A stretch of DNA of 64,000 nt from an uncultured Anaerolinea sp. (GTDB lineage Bacteria > Chloroflexota > Anaerolineae > Anaerolineales > Villigracilaceae): positions 41,728-105,727 of the forward strand of contig CAZEGE010000001.1 in assembly GCA_964511765.1 (NCBI GenBank). Direction: 5' to 3'. Position 1 is the first letter of the stretch. The number at the start of each line of letters is the position of its first letter. The notes under the pieces were generated by a model that was not told the origin of the DNA, made no database searches, and was given only the letters and a program-made list of their open reading frames with translations. Both the position numbers and the translations under genes were made by a program. This document shows, piece by piece, positions 62,897 through 64,000 of the stretch.

Positions 62897-63781
62897 ATGT
62901 TTAAAACAGTTGAAGAATATCTCGGTGCTTTGAAAAATGAAATGAGGGACGCCGATTCCGCGCTGGTGCAGGATGCCCAGGCCGATGCGCGTGAGCATTT
63001 GTCCACTGCGCTGGCTGTTGCGTGTGAAGCTGCGCCTGAAGCGAGTGAAGCCGATGCGCTCAAGAAAATAATCGAAGAATATGGCACACCTGAAGAAACC
63101 GCATCCGCTTACAAGGAAGTGGAGCGGCGTACATCTCCTGCGTTGAAGCAGACCGTTAAACCACGTTCGGTATTGGGGCGTTTCTTTGGGGTGTACACCG
63201 ATCCGCGAGCCTGGGGTGCGTTGCTCTATATGTTAATCGCCTTTGTGACGGGTGTTTTCTACCTTACCTGGGCAGTGACTGGCGTTTCAGTTTCTGTATC
63301 CTTTTTGATCTTCATTTTTGGCTTTCCATTTGCGCTTTTGTTCCTACTCTCCGTGCGTGGATTGGCTTTGCTCGAAGGCCGCCTTGTGGAAGCTCTGCTT
63401 GGTGTACGAATGCCGCGCCGACCTCTGTTTTCACATCAAGACATGAAGTGGTTTGACAGGCTTAAAGCTCTTCTAACCGATAAGGCCACATGGTCGATGT
63501 TAATCTATATGATTGTTCAGTTTGTATTAGGAACCGCGTATTTTGTCGTGATCGTGACTGTGTTGAGTATCTCGCTCTCTTTCATTGCCATCCCAATATT
63601 ACAGGCATGGCTGGGACAGGGCGTGATAAACAATAATGACATGCGATATTTCCTCCCGACATGGTCATACCCTCTTTTGGTGTTGATCGGTTTTCTCTTG
63701 TGGACAACTTTCATGAATATCGCGCGAAGCATTGGTCAACTGCACGGAAAGATGGCCAAGTGGCTGCTGGTCTCTGAGTAG
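62897..63781 (+). CDS. Membrane protein with DUF1700/HAAS-like N-terminus and putative sensor domain
   Basis: EEYLGALK...EYGTPEETASAY N-domain, then 4 TM with ERRL/EGRLVEALLG-type motif; typical PadR partner. Confidence 0.75.
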   Translation: MFKTVEEYLGALKNEMRDADSALVQDAQADAREHLSTALAVACEAAPEASEADALKKIIEEYGTPEETASAYKEVERRTSPALKQTVKPRSVLGRFFGVYTDPRAWGALLYMLIAFVTGVFYLTWAVTGVSVSVSFLIFIFGFPFALLFLLSVRGLALLEGRLVEALLGVRMPRRPLFSHQDMKWFDRLKALLTDKATWSMLIYMIVQFVLGTAYFVVIVTVLSISLSFIAIPILQAWLGQGVINNNDMRYFLPTWSYPLLVLIGFLLWTTFMNIARSIGQLHGKMAKWLLVSE

Positions 63782-63785
63782 AAAT

Positions 63786-63822
63786 AAGAAGACGGCTCAA
63801 TGAAAAACTGAGCCGTCTTCTT
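63786..63822. terminator. Bidirectional terminator
   Basis: Perfect 14-bp inverted repeat AAGAAGACGGCTCA / TGAGCCGTCTTCTT between convergent genes. Confidence 0.8.
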
Positions 63823-63841
63823 ATCGGTTTTCTTTTTCAGG

Positions 63842-64000
63842 TTATGGTCTGATATATAAACCTAAATGATTTGCAACGGCGCGTTCCCTGCCTGGTTTGT
63901 TCATGTCAATGGGGAAATTCAATACGCGGGCTTTTCCGTCAAATCCCTTGATGGTCATTGTGGACGATCCGCCGCCGTCCATGTTAACGCCGGTGTAAAC
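63842..64000 (-). CDS. Phosphodiester glycosidase (NAGPA/DUF2233) family protein, C-terminal part
   Basis: Manual translation VYTGVNMDGGGSSTMTI...GRERAVANHL* with the (L/M)DGGGS motif. Confidence 0.75.
   Translation of the reverse strand, partial: VYTGVNMDGGGSSTMTIKGFDGKARVLNFPIDMNKPGRERAVANHLGLYIRP

Noticed and set aside
1-64000. rRNA, tRNA, CRISPR arrays, IS transposases
   Set aside because: None recognised on reading either strand; short tRNA genes cannot be fully excluded without tRNAscan-SE.

Overview
A gene-dense bacterial chromosome segment. The gene set and style suggest an Anaerolineae-like member of Chloroflexota (inference only). Contents, left to right: (1) a T-box-controlled type 2 ileS with a swapped GVHH signature motif, lipid and envelope genes (pcs, plsC, lipid kinase, GT-C) and molybdenum/selenium cofactor genes (mocA-like, yqeC-mocA fusion); (2) an RRM gene with a structured leader and a small AT-rich DUF6941-like/HicA/HicB islet; (3) a ~32 kb plus-strand purine/nucleoside catabolic region with 8-oxoguanine and adenine deaminases, an AhpD-like selenoprotein hidden as two ORFs (UGA plus SECIS), a GntR/UTRA regulator, YgeY, two carbamoyltransferases, carbamate kinase, two BMP-type ABC systems, a xanthine dehydrogenase-family enzyme and a thrC-like PLP enzyme; (4) inside that region, an AT-rich reverse-strand cassette nurA-herA-druA-like (no druE nearby), the best candidate for an undescribed anti-phage system; (5) housekeeping genes (mce, tilS, mtaB, folD, LCP, LysM, PadR), plus a tyrosine recombinase homolog and a histidine kinase homolog that both lack catalytic residues. 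Short GC-rich palindromes are inserted in frame in several genes. No rRNA, tRNA or CRISPR array was seen. All family calls come from motif recognition by eye; no database searches were run.
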